A DNA stretch of 47,976 nt from Chloroflexota bacterium (GTDB lineage: Bacteria; Chloroflexota; Limnocylindria; QHBO01). Numbering within the stretch: the stretch's first letter is position 1; each line of letters starts with the position of its first letter. A program made the position numbers and the translations under genes. The stretch spans positions 1 to 47,976 of the forward strand of contig JBDUEE010000019.1 of the NCBI GenBank assembly GCA_040002615.1. Direction: 5' to 3'. A model generated the notes under the pieces. It was not told the origin of the DNA. It did no database searches and was given only the letters and a program-made list of their open reading frames with translations. This document shows positions 1 through 11,116 of the stretch, in pieces.

Positions 1-307
1 CGCGCAGCGACGTCGGCAGGCCGAACACGTCGACGTGCCAGCCAGCGCCGCGAATCGCCTGCGCACCGCGACTGCCGCTCCATTCGATGGTGCCATCCCA
101 GCTGACCTGCAGTGGCGCCGCCTGTGTGGCATCTGCTCCCCCGCCAATGGCGCTGTCGATTGCCGCGCCGCCGGCATCCAGCGAGGTGATCGTCAGGTGG
201 CAGCCGGAGAGCGGAAAGGCCAGGCTCGCCGGCGGCTGCACCGATCCGATAGCCACTCCGATGGCGACGAGAGCGATGGCTGCGAGGCGGCGCTGCAACG
301 GGCGCAA
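1..307 (-). CDS. Putative secreted hypothetical protein, partial (3' end runs off the window)
   Basis: Manual translation of a stop-free minus frame missing from the ORF track: TTG at 307 gives MRPLQRRLAAIALVAIGVAIGSVQPPASLA|FPLSGCHLTITSLDAGG...VSWDGTIEWSG...WHVDVFGLPTSLR. Signal-peptide-like N-terminus; GGGAG upstream. Confidence 0.6.
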   Translation of the reverse strand, partial: MRPLQRRLAAIALVAIGVAIGSVQPPASLAFPLSGCHLTITSLDAGGAAIDSAIGGGADATQAAPLQVSWDGTIEWSGSRGAQAIRGAGWHVDVFGLPTSLR

Positions 308-449
308 GGGCGATCGGCTCCCATCCGCTCGCGTGGCACGCCTCGACCAACGGCAGGCAGCTGGTCGTTGGCGCCATCGCTTGGCCGCGATGCTAGCGTC
401 GGCACGTGGCGCGCCACCCCCAATTTCGCGTACTTGAGTCAACCTTCTC

Positions 450-455
450 TATACT
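450..455 (+). promoter_or_regulatory. -10 hexamer TATACT (leaderless thrC)
   Basis: 7 nt before ATG 463; no SD. Confidence 0.65.
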
Positions 456-462
456 CGCTGTC

Positions 463-1524
463 ATGTCCTCCCCGCCCAGCCTGCTTGAGCGGTATCGGGA
501 GCTGCTGGCCGAGCCGGACGAGCGCTTCCCGCTGACACTTGGCGAGGGCGGCACGCCGCTGATCCACGCGCGGCGCCTGGGCGAAGAGCTGGGCCTCGAC
601 CGGCTGTTCCTGAAGTTCGAGGGCACGAACCCCACCGGCAGCTTCAAGGACCGCGGCATGGTGCTGGCGGTGAATCGTGCCCTGGCCAATGGCGCCACGG
701 CGGTGGTGTGCGCCTCGACCGGCAACACCAGCGCCTCGGCAGCCGCCTACGCGGCCGCGGCCGGGCTGCCCTGTCACGTGGTGCTTCCGGCGGGCAAGGT
801 GGCACGGGGCAAGCTGGCCCAGGCTGTGGTGGCCGGAGCGCGCCTGGTGATGGTGCACGGCAACTTCGACGAGGCGCTTGCCGCCGTACGCCGGCTGGGG
901 GAGGAAGGCGTCGCGGCAGTCGTCAACTCGATCAACCCGGATCGCATCCTCGGCCAGCAGACGGTGGCGTTCGAGATCGTCGACGCGCTGGGTGAGTCAC
1001 CTGACGCCGTGGGGCTGCCAGTGGGCAATGCCGGCAATATCACCGCTGCCTGGGCGGGGTTCGTGCGCTACGGCGAGGCTGGTATCACGCCCTCGGGACG
1101 GCGACCGAAGATGCTCGGCTTCCAGGCGGAGGGCGCCGCACCGATCGTGCGTGGCGCGCCCGTTGAGCAGCCGGAGACGGTGGCCACCGCCATCCGCATC
1201 GGCAACCCGGCCTCATGGAGCGGGGCGGAGGCGGCGCGCGACGAATCGGGTGGTGTGATCGAGGCGGTCTCCGACGAGGAGATCCTGGCCATGCAGCGCA
1301 GGATCGTTGGCGTGGAGGGCATCTTCTGCGAACCGGCCTCGGCGGCCGGTGTGGCAGGTGTGGCGCGGCTGGCGCGGGATGGCCGAATCCATCGGTCCGA
1401 AGGGGTCGTCTGCATCCTGACCGGCCACGGCCTGAAGGATCCGGACGTGGTCGCCGGCGAAGAGGGAAGCCTGACGCCGGTCGATCCGGACCTGGGATCA
1501 ATCCGGCGGGCGATGGGCCTCTAG
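463..1524 (+). CDS. thrC: Threonine synthase (PLP fold II)
   Basis: LTLGEGGTPL, NPTGSFKDRG (PLP Lys), CASTGNTSAS, PVGNAGN, TAIRIGNP, LTGHGLKD; start set at ATG 463 after the -10 box. Confidence 0.95.
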   Translation: MSSPPSLLERYRELLAEPDERFPLTLGEGGTPLIHARRLGEELGLDRLFLKFEGTNPTGSFKDRGMVLAVNRALANGATAVVCASTGNTSASAAAYAAAAGLPCHVVLPAGKVARGKLAQAVVAGARLVMVHGNFDEALAAVRRLGEEGVAAVVNSINPDRILGQQTVAFEIVDALGESPDAVGLPVGNAGNITAAWAGFVRYGEAGITPSGRRPKMLGFQAEGAAPIVRGAPVEQPETVATAIRIGNPASWSGAEAARDESGGVIEAVSDEEILAMQRRIVGVEGIFCEPASAAGVAGVARLARDGRIHRSEGVVCILTGHGLKDPDVVAGEEGSLTPVDPDLGSIRRAMGL

Positions 1525-2615
1525 GCGGGGCTGCCCGGGCCGCGGCCGTAGCGGCCCATGATCTCCAGCAGCCGATCGGCGGGCAGAGCGTGGAAGGTGA
1601 CGCCATTGCCCGTCATCGTCTCAGCCGCGATCAGCGAGTTGAGGATCGCCTCCTCGGAAGCCTCGATGGCGGCCCAGAACAGCGCGCTGATGTGATCGTC
1701 GTCGAGCATGGTCAGCGCACGATGGACCGATACCCCCTCATCCTCGTTGGCCAAGCCCCGGTTGCCGACGGCGAACGCCAGGAAGATGTCACCGCTGTCG
1801 TGCTCGCCGCCGCCGCCGGTCCGGGCGACCGCCAGGGTGGCGCGCTGCGCCAGCCGGCGGCACTGATGCGGCAGCAGCGGCGCGTCGGTGGCCAGCACCA
1901 CGATGATCGAGCCGCCGCCGCCGCCTGCCGAGGAATCAGGGCCGTCGATTTCGGACCGCGGAATCTCGCGACCAACGGGCACGCCATCGACCATCAGCCG
2001 CTCGCGCGCCCCGAAGTTGGCCTGCACCAGCGCTCCGACCGTATGGCCGCCGTGCTCCGGCGCCACCGTCCTCGAGGCGGTCCCGATACCCGCCTTGAAG
2101 CCGAACGCCTTCATGCCGGTGCCGCCGCCCACGTTGCCCTCCGCCACCGGGCCGCCATCGGCCGCCTCAAGCGCGGCCAGGACGTCCTCCTCGGCCACGT
2201 GCTGGCCGTCGATGTCGTTGAGGTAGCCGTCCCAGGTCTCGGTGACGACCGGCAGGGACCAGCGTGCACCCGCCCGCCCCGCAGCATGTCGCGCGCTGAT
2301 GCCGACCAGCGCGTGGTGAACGATGCCCACTGAGTGCGTGTTGGTCAGTGCGATCGGCGAGCTGAGCATCCCCGACTCACGGACCCACTCCAGCCCGGTC
2401 ATCTCACCGTTGCCGTTGAGCGTGTGGGAGCCGGCAAAGACGGGCTCAGCGCCGGCATCGCCTTCATGTGGCTGGATGACGGTGACGCCGGTCCGCACGT
2501 CTTCACCTCGGATGAGGGTGCGATGCCCAACCCGAACGCCCGCCACGTCGGTAATGGCATTCAGCCGGCCGGTGGGCAGCAGCCCGAGGTGGATGCCCAG
2601 GTCACGCGCGCGCAT
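1521..2615 (-). CDS. DmpA-family (S58/P1) aminopeptidase, Ntn-like self-processing
   Basis: NAITDVAGVRVGH, LNGNGEMTG, EGNVGGGTGM, G|SIIVVLATDAP cleavage site, SGDIFLAF. Confidence 0.9.
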   Translation of the reverse strand: MRARDLGIHLGLLPTGRLNAITDVAGVRVGHRTLIRGEDVRTGVTVIQPHEGDAGAEPVFAGSHTLNGNGEMTGLEWVRESGMLSSPIALTNTHSVGIVHHALVGISARHAAGRAGARWSLPVVTETWDGYLNDIDGQHVAEEDVLAALEAADGGPVAEGNVGGGTGMKAFGFKAGIGTASRTVAPEHGGHTVGALVQANFGARERLMVDGVPVGREIPRSEIDGPDSSAGGGGGSIIVVLATDAPLLPHQCRRLAQRATLAVARTGGGGEHDSGDIFLAFAVGNRGLANEDEGVSVHRALTMLDDDHISALFWAAIEASEEAILNSLIAAETMTGNGVTFHALPADRLLEIMGRYGRGPGSPA

Positions 2616-4296
2616 CGACCGCGTCCTCCGTGCTGGGCGCCGATGCCGGCGGCTGATGCAGGCGCTGTTCGATCAGGCTCTCGGCGGCCGAGCTGCTGGC
2701 CGGCTGACCGGTGACCGCCTCCAGGAAGACGCGCCGTTGCAGCGCCACGAGCTCGGTCGACACGACGGCCTCCACCGACGCGGTACGCGGCACGTTGCGC
2801 AGCAGGGCGATCTCGCCGAACGACTCTCCCGGCCCCTCCTGCCGTATGTGACGGCCGTCGATGCTGATCCCCACCCGGCCATGGGTGATGATGTAGAAGT
2901 GGTCGCCGGGGTCCCCCTGCCTGACCACCAGGCTGCCCTGGTGGGCGTGGACCGGCACCAGCCCGGCGGCGAGCCGCTCGATGGCGGCCGGACCTAGCGG
3001 CGCGAACATCGGAATGCCGCGCAGCAGCGCAAGCTCACGCGGTCGCGCTACTGCCGCCGCGTCAAGGCGGCGCAGGATGGGCCACACCAGCGCTGCGGCC
3101 AGCAGCATGACTGAGCCGGCGACCAGGAAGGCGCCGTGCTCCCCGGTGAGGGCGATCAGGGCTGGCGCAAGGATGGAGCCGATCGCCAGCGACCCCATGT
3201 GGACACCCTCCAGGACGCCGAACAGGCGCGACAGCATGTGGTCGTGGGCGACGCGCTGCAACAGGGTGCGGCCCGCCACATCCATGACCACCCGACCCAG
3301 GCCGGCGGCTACCAGCAGGCCGATGACCGCGGGAGCAGTTGCCAGCAGCCCGATGGCGGCCAGCGGGACGGCCCACAGCAGGATGCCGATGCCCAGCGGT
3401 GTCGAAAGTCCTCGACGCCCGATGAGCGCCAGGCTGAGCGCCGCCCCCGCCAGGCCGCCGGCGCCCAGGGCCGCATTGAGGAAGCCCACCCCCGACTCGC
3501 CAAGCGCCAGCACGTCGAGAGCCAACACGACGATGAAGACGTCCAGCGCGCCCCACAGCACAGCGGCGGCCCCGAGCACTGCCAGCACGGCCCGCGGCTC
3601 GCGTTCGCGGACCAGCATCCGGAAACCGTCGAGCGCCTCGGGCAGCGCCGCGCGCCAGCCGGCCGCCGGCATGCTGAGGCGCCGATCGACATCGAGCACG
3701 GTCGTGCGGCTGACCAGCAGTGCGCCGATGATCGTGACCAGTGCCGCCCCGGCGAAGACCACCCCCGAGCCAGTCGCCGCGAGGGCCAGGCCGGCCAGGA
3801 TCGGGCCAACCAGCATCGCTCCAGTCTCGATCGCGCCGGCCGTCACGTTGGCCGCGGTCAGCTCGGACGGAGTGCGAGACAGCGACGGCAGGATGGCGGC
3901 CTGCACCGGGCGCGTCAGGGTGATGCTGGTTGCGGCGCTGGCAGCCGCCAGATAGACCAGCGGGGACGGGGCCTGCAAGAGCAGCGCCACGGCGGTCAGG
4001 CCCATGGTCGCCGACTGCAGCAAGTAAGCCAGCAGCAGGGCTCGCTCGCGCCGGACGTGGTCGCCGATCGACGCGGCCAGCGGCGCCACCAGCGCCGACG
4101 GCGCCAGCTGGACCAGGGCGGCCACCCCAGTCTCGGTGGCACCTCCCCGGTTGAAGGCGTAGACCAGGATCGCGATCCAGCTCGTCCACTCGGCCAGCGA
4201 AAAACCGATGAAGGCAAGCAGCACCCGGCGCAGCGACCCGTTGCGGAACACGGCCGCGACCACGGCAATGGGCACCGGAAGGCGCGCCAAGCTCAT
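2602..4296 (-). CDS. MFS transporter fused to a C-terminal cyclic-nucleotide-binding domain
   Basis: About 12 hydrophobic segments followed by VVRQGDPGDHFYII...FGEIALLRNVPRTASV (CNB phosphate-binding cassette). Confidence 0.85.
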   Translation of the reverse strand: MSLARLPVPIAVVAAVFRNGSLRRVLLAFIGFSLAEWTSWIAILVYAFNRGGATETGVAALVQLAPSALVAPLAASIGDHVRRERALLLAYLLQSATMGLTAVALLLQAPSPLVYLAAASAATSITLTRPVQAAILPSLSRTPSELTAANVTAGAIETGAMLVGPILAGLALAATGSGVVFAGAALVTIIGALLVSRTTVLDVDRRLSMPAAGWRAALPEALDGFRMLVREREPRAVLAVLGAAAVLWGALDVFIVVLALDVLALGESGVGFLNAALGAGGLAGAALSLALIGRRGLSTPLGIGILLWAVPLAAIGLLATAPAVIGLLVAAGLGRVVMDVAGRTLLQRVAHDHMLSRLFGVLEGVHMGSLAIGSILAPALIALTGEHGAFLVAGSVMLLAAALVWPILRRLDAAAVARPRELALLRGIPMFAPLGPAAIERLAAGLVPVHAHQGSLVVRQGDPGDHFYIITHGRVGISIDGRHIRQEGPGESFGEIALLRNVPRTASVEAVVSTELVALQRRVFLEAVTGQPASSSAAESLIEQRLHQPPASAPSTEDAVDARA

Positions 4297-4327
4297 CAGG
4301 CGCCGATCATCGCATGGCGGTGGGCGC

Positions 4328-4333
4328 TACAGT
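4328..4333 (+). promoter_or_regulatory. -10 hexamer TACAGT (leaderless tag)
   Basis: 7 nt before ATG 4341. Confidence 0.55.
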
Positions 4334-4340
4334 CGGCGGC

Positions 4341-4928
4341 ATGCCGCCACCTCCCCCGATCGCACGCTGCATCTGGGCTGAGAGCGACCCGCTCTCGCTC
4401 GCCTACCACGACGAGGAGTGGGGTGTGCCAACCCGAGACGACCGCCAGCTGTTCGAGCTGCTCTGCCTGGAGGGAGCGCAGGCGGGCCTGTCCTGGATCA
4501 CCATCCTGCGCAAGCGGGACGGCTACCGCCGCGCCTTCGAGGGCTTTGACCCGGTTCGGCTGGCCGCCTACGGCGAGCGCGAGGTGGAGCGGCTGATGGC
4601 CGATCCCGGCATCGTACGCAATCGGGCCAAGATCCTGTCCGTCATCGGCAACGCGCGTGCATACCTGCGCCTGGCCGATGAGATCGGCTCGCTCGGCGAC
4701 CACCTGTGGTCCTCCGTCGACGGTAAGGCAATCCAGAATCAATGGACCAGCATGGCCCAGCTGCCGAACGAGACCGATGCCTCGCGGGCCATGGCCCGCG
4801 ACCTCAAGCAACGCGGATTCAGCTTCATCGGTCCAACCGTGGCCTACGCCTTCATGCAGTCAGCCGGGCTCGTCAATGACCACGTTGTGAGCTGCTACCG
4901 CCACGACCAGCTGGGCGGGGTCGAGTGA
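4341..4928 (+). CDS. tag: DNA-3-methyladenine glycosylase I
   Basis: RCIW, YHDEEWG, LEGAQAGLSW, IVRNRAKI, YAFMQSAGLVNDHVVSC. Confidence 0.95.
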   Translation: MPPPPPIARCIWAESDPLSLAYHDEEWGVPTRDDRQLFELLCLEGAQAGLSWITILRKRDGYRRAFEGFDPVRLAAYGEREVERLMADPGIVRNRAKILSVIGNARAYLRLADEIGSLGDHLWSSVDGKAIQNQWTSMAQLPNETDASRAMARDLKQRGFSFIGPTVAYAFMQSAGLVNDHVVSCYRHDQLGGVE

Positions 4929-4933
4929 GTTCC

Positions 4934-4939
4934 TATACT
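4934..4939 (+). promoter_or_regulatory. -10 hexamer TATACT (leaderless thrB operon)
   Basis: 8 nt before ATG 4948. Confidence 0.65.
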
Positions 4940-4947
4940 CGCCGGGC

Positions 4948-5894
4948 ATGCCGCCCATCGCCTCGGTCGACGTCCCGGCCAGCAGCGCCAACCTGGGCAG
5001 CGGCTACGACTGCCTCGCGGCCGCCCTCAGCCTGAAGCTGCGGGCGGAGCTGTTCGCCGGCGACCAGGCCGGGATCGAGCTCAACGCCCATGGCGAGGGC
5101 GTGCCACGGCCCGATGACGACCCTGACGCCAACCTCATCATTCGCTCGTTCCGCGAGGGAATGCGGGCCTCCCACGGCGCGCCGGGGGGCAGCGGCGCGT
5201 GGCGGCTGGAGGTGAGCAGCATGATTCCGGCGGCTCGCGGCCTCGGCAGCTCTGCGGCGGCGATCGTGGCCGGCCTGCTGCTCGGCGCCAGCGTCGGGCG
5301 CAGCGCGCCATCGGCCGACGAGCTGCTCAACCTGGCGGCCGCGCTGGAAGGCCACCCGGACAACGTCTCCGCCGCCCTGTACGGCGGTTTCACCCTGGCC
5401 GTGGCCGGCGAGGAAGGTCAGCTCAGCTTCCGTCGCTTTCGCGTGCCCGAAGCGTGGATCCCCGTGCTCTTCATCGCCGGCACGGAGAGCCGGACCGAGG
5501 AGATGCGCGCCGTACTGCCCGCACTGGTGCCGCACGCAGACGCCGCGCGGCAGGCCGGTCGCAGCGCACTGCTGGCCACCGCGATCCTCACTTCGGATGC
5601 CGGCATGCTGCGCGAGGCGATGCGGGACACCCTGCACCAGCCATACCGCCTGCCGCGCCTTCCCGGCACGGCGGAGCTCCTCGAGCTCGCCTATGAGCGT
5701 GGCGCAGCCGGCGCCTGTCTGTCAGGCGCGGGGCCGAGCGTGCTCGCGATCTGCGACTCCCCGATCACCGCCCACGCCGTGGAGAAAGCATGGAACGGGG
5801 CGGGGGTCAGCGGCATGGCGACTCGCCTGCGCTTCGATACCTCCGGCGCCCGCCTGACGGCGGCGGAGACGGCCGAAACCGGAATGGATCTGCC

Positions 5895-5898
<4 letters not shown>
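4948..5898 (+). CDS. thrB: Homoserine kinase (GHMP family)
   Basis: VPASSANLGSGYD, IPAARGLGSSAA, EGHPDN, LHQPYR, LSGAGPS. Confidence 0.93.
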
Positions 5899-7894
<1,996 letters not shown>

Positions 7895-7898
<4 letters not shown>

Positions 7899-8899
7899 GC
7901 GCCGCCACCCCGCAGCACCAACCCGGGCAGGCCGGGCCAGGCGAACGCGACCTGGCCGGGGCCGGGCTGATCCTGATCGCCGCCGCCTTCTTCGCCACGC
8001 TGGGACCGCTCTCCGAGTTCGCCGACCGCGGCGGAGTCTCCAGCCTGGCCCTCGTCACCTGGCGCGCCGCCCTGGGTGCTACCTGCGTGCTGCTGTTCGT
8101 CGCCGCCAGGCGCGCCCTCGGCAGGCCGACCGGCATCGTCCCGCTATCGGCCATCCCGTGGCGGGACCGGTGGTTCGTCGCGGCAGCAGCGGTCGCCAAC
8201 ACGATCCTCAACCTGAGCGTGTTCATCGCCTTCCAGCGGGTGGGCATCACCCTCTCGCTGCTCGTCTTCTACCTGTACCCCGCCTTCGTGGCGCTGGTCT
8301 CGGTGGCCTGGCTCGGCGAGCGGCTGGACCGCATTCGCTGGGGCGCCCTGGCCATGTCACTGATCGGCAGCGTGCTGGTCGTGGCAGGCGCCGGTCGCTT
8401 CGGCGAGCTCGACGGCCTGGGCATCGGCCTGGCGCTGGTCGGTGCCCTGGGACAGACGTTCTACGTCATCTCCGCGCGACACGGATTCGCCCGCGTCCCG
8501 GGCGCCCAGGCCGCGATCCTGACGATGGCCGGTGCCGCGAGCCTGTACGTCGGCATCGCGCTGGTGTTCGCCGGTGCCGGCACGCTGCTGCAGCCGCTGG
8601 CCGGGTTCGCGTCCATCTGGCCGGTGATGCTGGCCGGCCTGCTCGGTGCCGGCGTGCCGACCTTCCTGTACATCGTGGGCATCCGGCGCCTCGGCGCGCC
8701 GCGCGCGGCGATCCTGGCCACCTTCGAGCCGGTGGTGGGCGTCGCCCTGGCAGCCCTGCTGCTGGCAGAGCGGGCCGGGCCATTGCAGCTGCTGGGCGGG
8801 CTGCTGATCATCGGCGCCGGGATCGTGCTCCAGCTGCGACCGAACGCCGACATTGCCGACCACGAGGCGGTCGCTGACGAGGAGTCGGTCAGGCCATGA
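7895..8899 (+). CDS. DMT/EamA family transporter
   Basis: About 10 TM helices in two repeats, YLYPAFV and FEPVVGV motifs; GTGA overlap with ABC-F. Confidence 0.88.
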
Positions 8900-9938
8900 C
8901 CGCGGCGTGCACCGCCTGAGCGGCTCGCTCCGCCTGTTCGATTGGTACCTCCGCCCAGACCACCCGCATCTCGCCCTCGTCAAAGCTGCCGGCGCCGTGC
9001 GCCGGGATGGGCAGCAGCTCGGGCACGATTGCGGCTGGCCCGACCACGCTGATGCGGGCGATGCGCTCCTTGCGGTCGACCGCCAGCATCAACACGCCGG
9101 CACCCTCGCCGCTGCGCGGACGACTGGGTCGGACCGTGGTCTGAGGCGCCGATCCGTCGACAGCCCGGACGAGCAGGGACAGCCGGCCCCGCCGCGCCCG
9201 CCGCACGGCCACTGGATGGACCACCTCGGCTCCCAGCTCTGCCAGCAGCTCCAGCTGCAGCGCGTCCACCACCGCCAGGAGGCGCGCCGCCGGGACCAGG
9301 TGCGGATCAGCCTCCATCACGCCGCCAACGTCCTTGAACAGTTCGCATCGCGCAGCGCGCAGTGCCACTGCCAGCACGACTGCCGAAAGGTCCGTGCCAC
9401 CGCGGCCCAGCGTGGTCAGCTCACCGTGCGTGCCGATTCCCTGGAAGCCCGCCACAACCGGCACCAGCCCGTCGGCAAGCGCCGCGCGCAGGCGACGCGG
9501 CAGCACCCGGCGCACCTCGGCGCCCAGGTGCGCGGCCGCGGTGCGGATACCGGCCTCTGCGCCACTGAACGAGCGGGCGGGGATGCCGCGGGCCTGCAGT
9601 CCCAGCGCGAAGAGAGCTGCCGACAGCGACTCGCCGGTGGCCAGCGCGCGGTCGGTCTCGCGCGCGAAGGCGGACTCCGCCTCGTGCCCCGGTTTTCGCA
9701 GCGCGGCGCCTCCATCCGGCAGCAGGACCGAGGCCGAAGCCAGGATCGCATCGGTCACACCCTCGAAGGCGGAAACCACCACCACCGGCCGCAGGCCGGC
9801 CTGGCGCTGCTCGGCGACCGCAGCGACTGCCGCAGCGATGTCCTCCGGGCGCCGCAGCACCGAGCCGCCGAACTTGTCCACCACCACCGGGTGGGGATCG
9901 GGACGGCGCACGGAGGCTCGGCGCGGGCCGGCGGTCAT
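8889..9938 (-). CDS. lysC: Aspartate kinase, divergent, with shortened regulatory region
   Basis: KFGGS, VVVVSA, ATGE, VAGFQG, TTLGRGGTD, DVGGVMEADP. Confidence 0.85.
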   Translation of the reverse strand: MTAGPRRASVRRPDPHPVVVDKFGGSVLRRPEDIAAAVAAVAEQRQAGLRPVVVVSAFEGVTDAILASASVLLPDGGAALRKPGHEAESAFARETDRALATGESLSAALFALGLQARGIPARSFSGAEAGIRTAAAHLGAEVRRVLPRRLRAALADGLVPVVAGFQGIGTHGELTTLGRGGTDLSAVVLAVALRAARCELFKDVGGVMEADPHLVPAARLLAVVDALQLELLAELGAEVVHPVAVRRARRGRLSLLVRAVDGSAPQTTVRPSRPRSGEGAGVLMLAVDRKERIARISVVGPAAIVPELLPIPAHGAGSFDEGEMRVVWAEVPIEQAERAAQAVHAAVMA

Positions 9939-9946
9939 GGTCGCTC

Positions 9947-9952
9947 ACTCTA
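9947..9952 (-). promoter_or_regulatory. -10 hexamer TAGAGT (leaderless aspartate kinase)
   Basis: 8 nt before ATG 9938. Confidence 0.55.
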
Positions 9953-10053
9953 GCCCGCTGGCTGCGCCGCATGCTGAGGCCGCACGGCGCGGGGATGCGG
10001 GACTATCCTCTGGCCATCGCCGGAGACCTCTGCCCGGCCGACCGGAGGCGCTG

Positions 10054-11109
10054 ATGCGGACGACAATGCAGCGAGTGACGCTGGCAGCACTCAGCTTCCT
10101 CGTTGCGGTGCTCTGCCTGCTGCTGCCGAGCCCCGCGCCGGCAATCGCGCTCGAAGGCGATAGGCGCCCGAACCTGCAGATGCTCCGGATTCGTGACTGG
10201 CATGTCCAGACCACGGGCGGGAGGCGCCTGCTGCGCTTCACGACGACCTTCGTCAACGCGGGGCGCGGCCCGTTCGAGCTGCGCGGGCATCGAGCATCCA
10301 CTGACGTTCCCACCATGAACATGGACCAGGTCATGTACCGCTGGGACGGAAGCCGGCGGCGCATCCACACGAAGGCCATCGCCAAGTACGCCGGCGATGG
10401 CCACGATCACTGGCACGTCCAGGACGTGGTCATTTACGAGGCGTGGCGGATCGGCAATCTGGCCAAGACCCGCCGGGGCGCCAAGACAGGCTTCTGCTTC
10501 TTCGACACCACGCCCTGGAAGCGGTCATTGCCCGGCGCCAGCCAGTCCGGCTACTACCAGGAGGAGTGGTGCGGCACGCGCTCGGTCCTGTCCAACCGGG
10601 TGGGCGTATCGGTTGGTTGGGGAGATGAATACCCGTGGAACTTCGTCTTCCAGTGGATCGACATCACCGGCCTGGAAGGCGGTCGTTACCGGGTACGGGC
10701 GACGGTTGATATTGCGGATCGCTATCACGAGTCGATCGAGACCGACAACTGCGTGTGGAGCACCGTCGACATCCCCGAACCCGGGTCCGGATCCAGCATC
10801 CAGATCGAGAGCAACGGCATCGGCTGCGGCGAGGACGCCATCACTCCGGTCACGACCTTTCCCGGAGCCGTGACGTGGGACCCGCCGCGAAATGTCGTCT
10901 TCCAGCCGGCCGTCCACGTCGGGTATCGGTTGAACTCGAAGGGTACGGAGCTGGGTCGTCTCTGGCGCCGGACAACCGCGCCGCGCAACGGTGCCGCTGC
11001 CGTACGGGCCACGCCGCCGGGTCGTGGCGGCCGCTGGCTCTACATGGTGGACGGCCCGTTCGCCGGCTATTGGTTTCGGGACACCGCGAACATCGACTTC
11101 GTGCCCTAG
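10054..11109 (+). CDS. Secreted lysyl oxidase (LOX) family protein with an extra C-terminal domain
   Basis: GGAGG SD then signal peptide; LLRFTT..N.G.GP, Cu-binding HDHWH, KTGFCFFD, GVSVGWGDEY, QWIDITGL..G.Y, ESIETDN. Confidence 0.85.
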   Translation: MRTTMQRVTLAALSFLVAVLCLLLPSPAPAIALEGDRRPNLQMLRIRDWHVQTTGGRRLLRFTTTFVNAGRGPFELRGHRASTDVPTMNMDQVMYRWDGSRRRIHTKAIAKYAGDGHDHWHVQDVVIYEAWRIGNLAKTRRGAKTGFCFFDTTPWKRSLPGASQSGYYQEEWCGTRSVLSNRVGVSVGWGDEYPWNFVFQWIDITGLEGGRYRVRATVDIADRYHESIETDNCVWSTVDIPEPGSGSSIQIESNGIGCGEDAITPVTTFPGAVTWDPPRNVVFQPAVHVGYRLNSKGTELGRLWRRTTAPRNGAAAVRATPPGRGGRWLYMVDGPFAGYWFRDTANIDFVP

Positions 11110-11116
11110 CTCAACC

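Noticed and set aside
433-453. CTTGAGT half-site resembling the HspR HAIR operator, or a dif-like arm (TTGAGTCAA palindrome)
   Set aside because: The second HAIR half (ACTCAAG) is absent at N7, and there is no convincing XerC/XerD 11-6-11 layout
1911-1930. GCC-type trinucleotide runs (also ~32000-32020)
   Set aside because: They encode in-frame Gly linkers; no sign of phase variation
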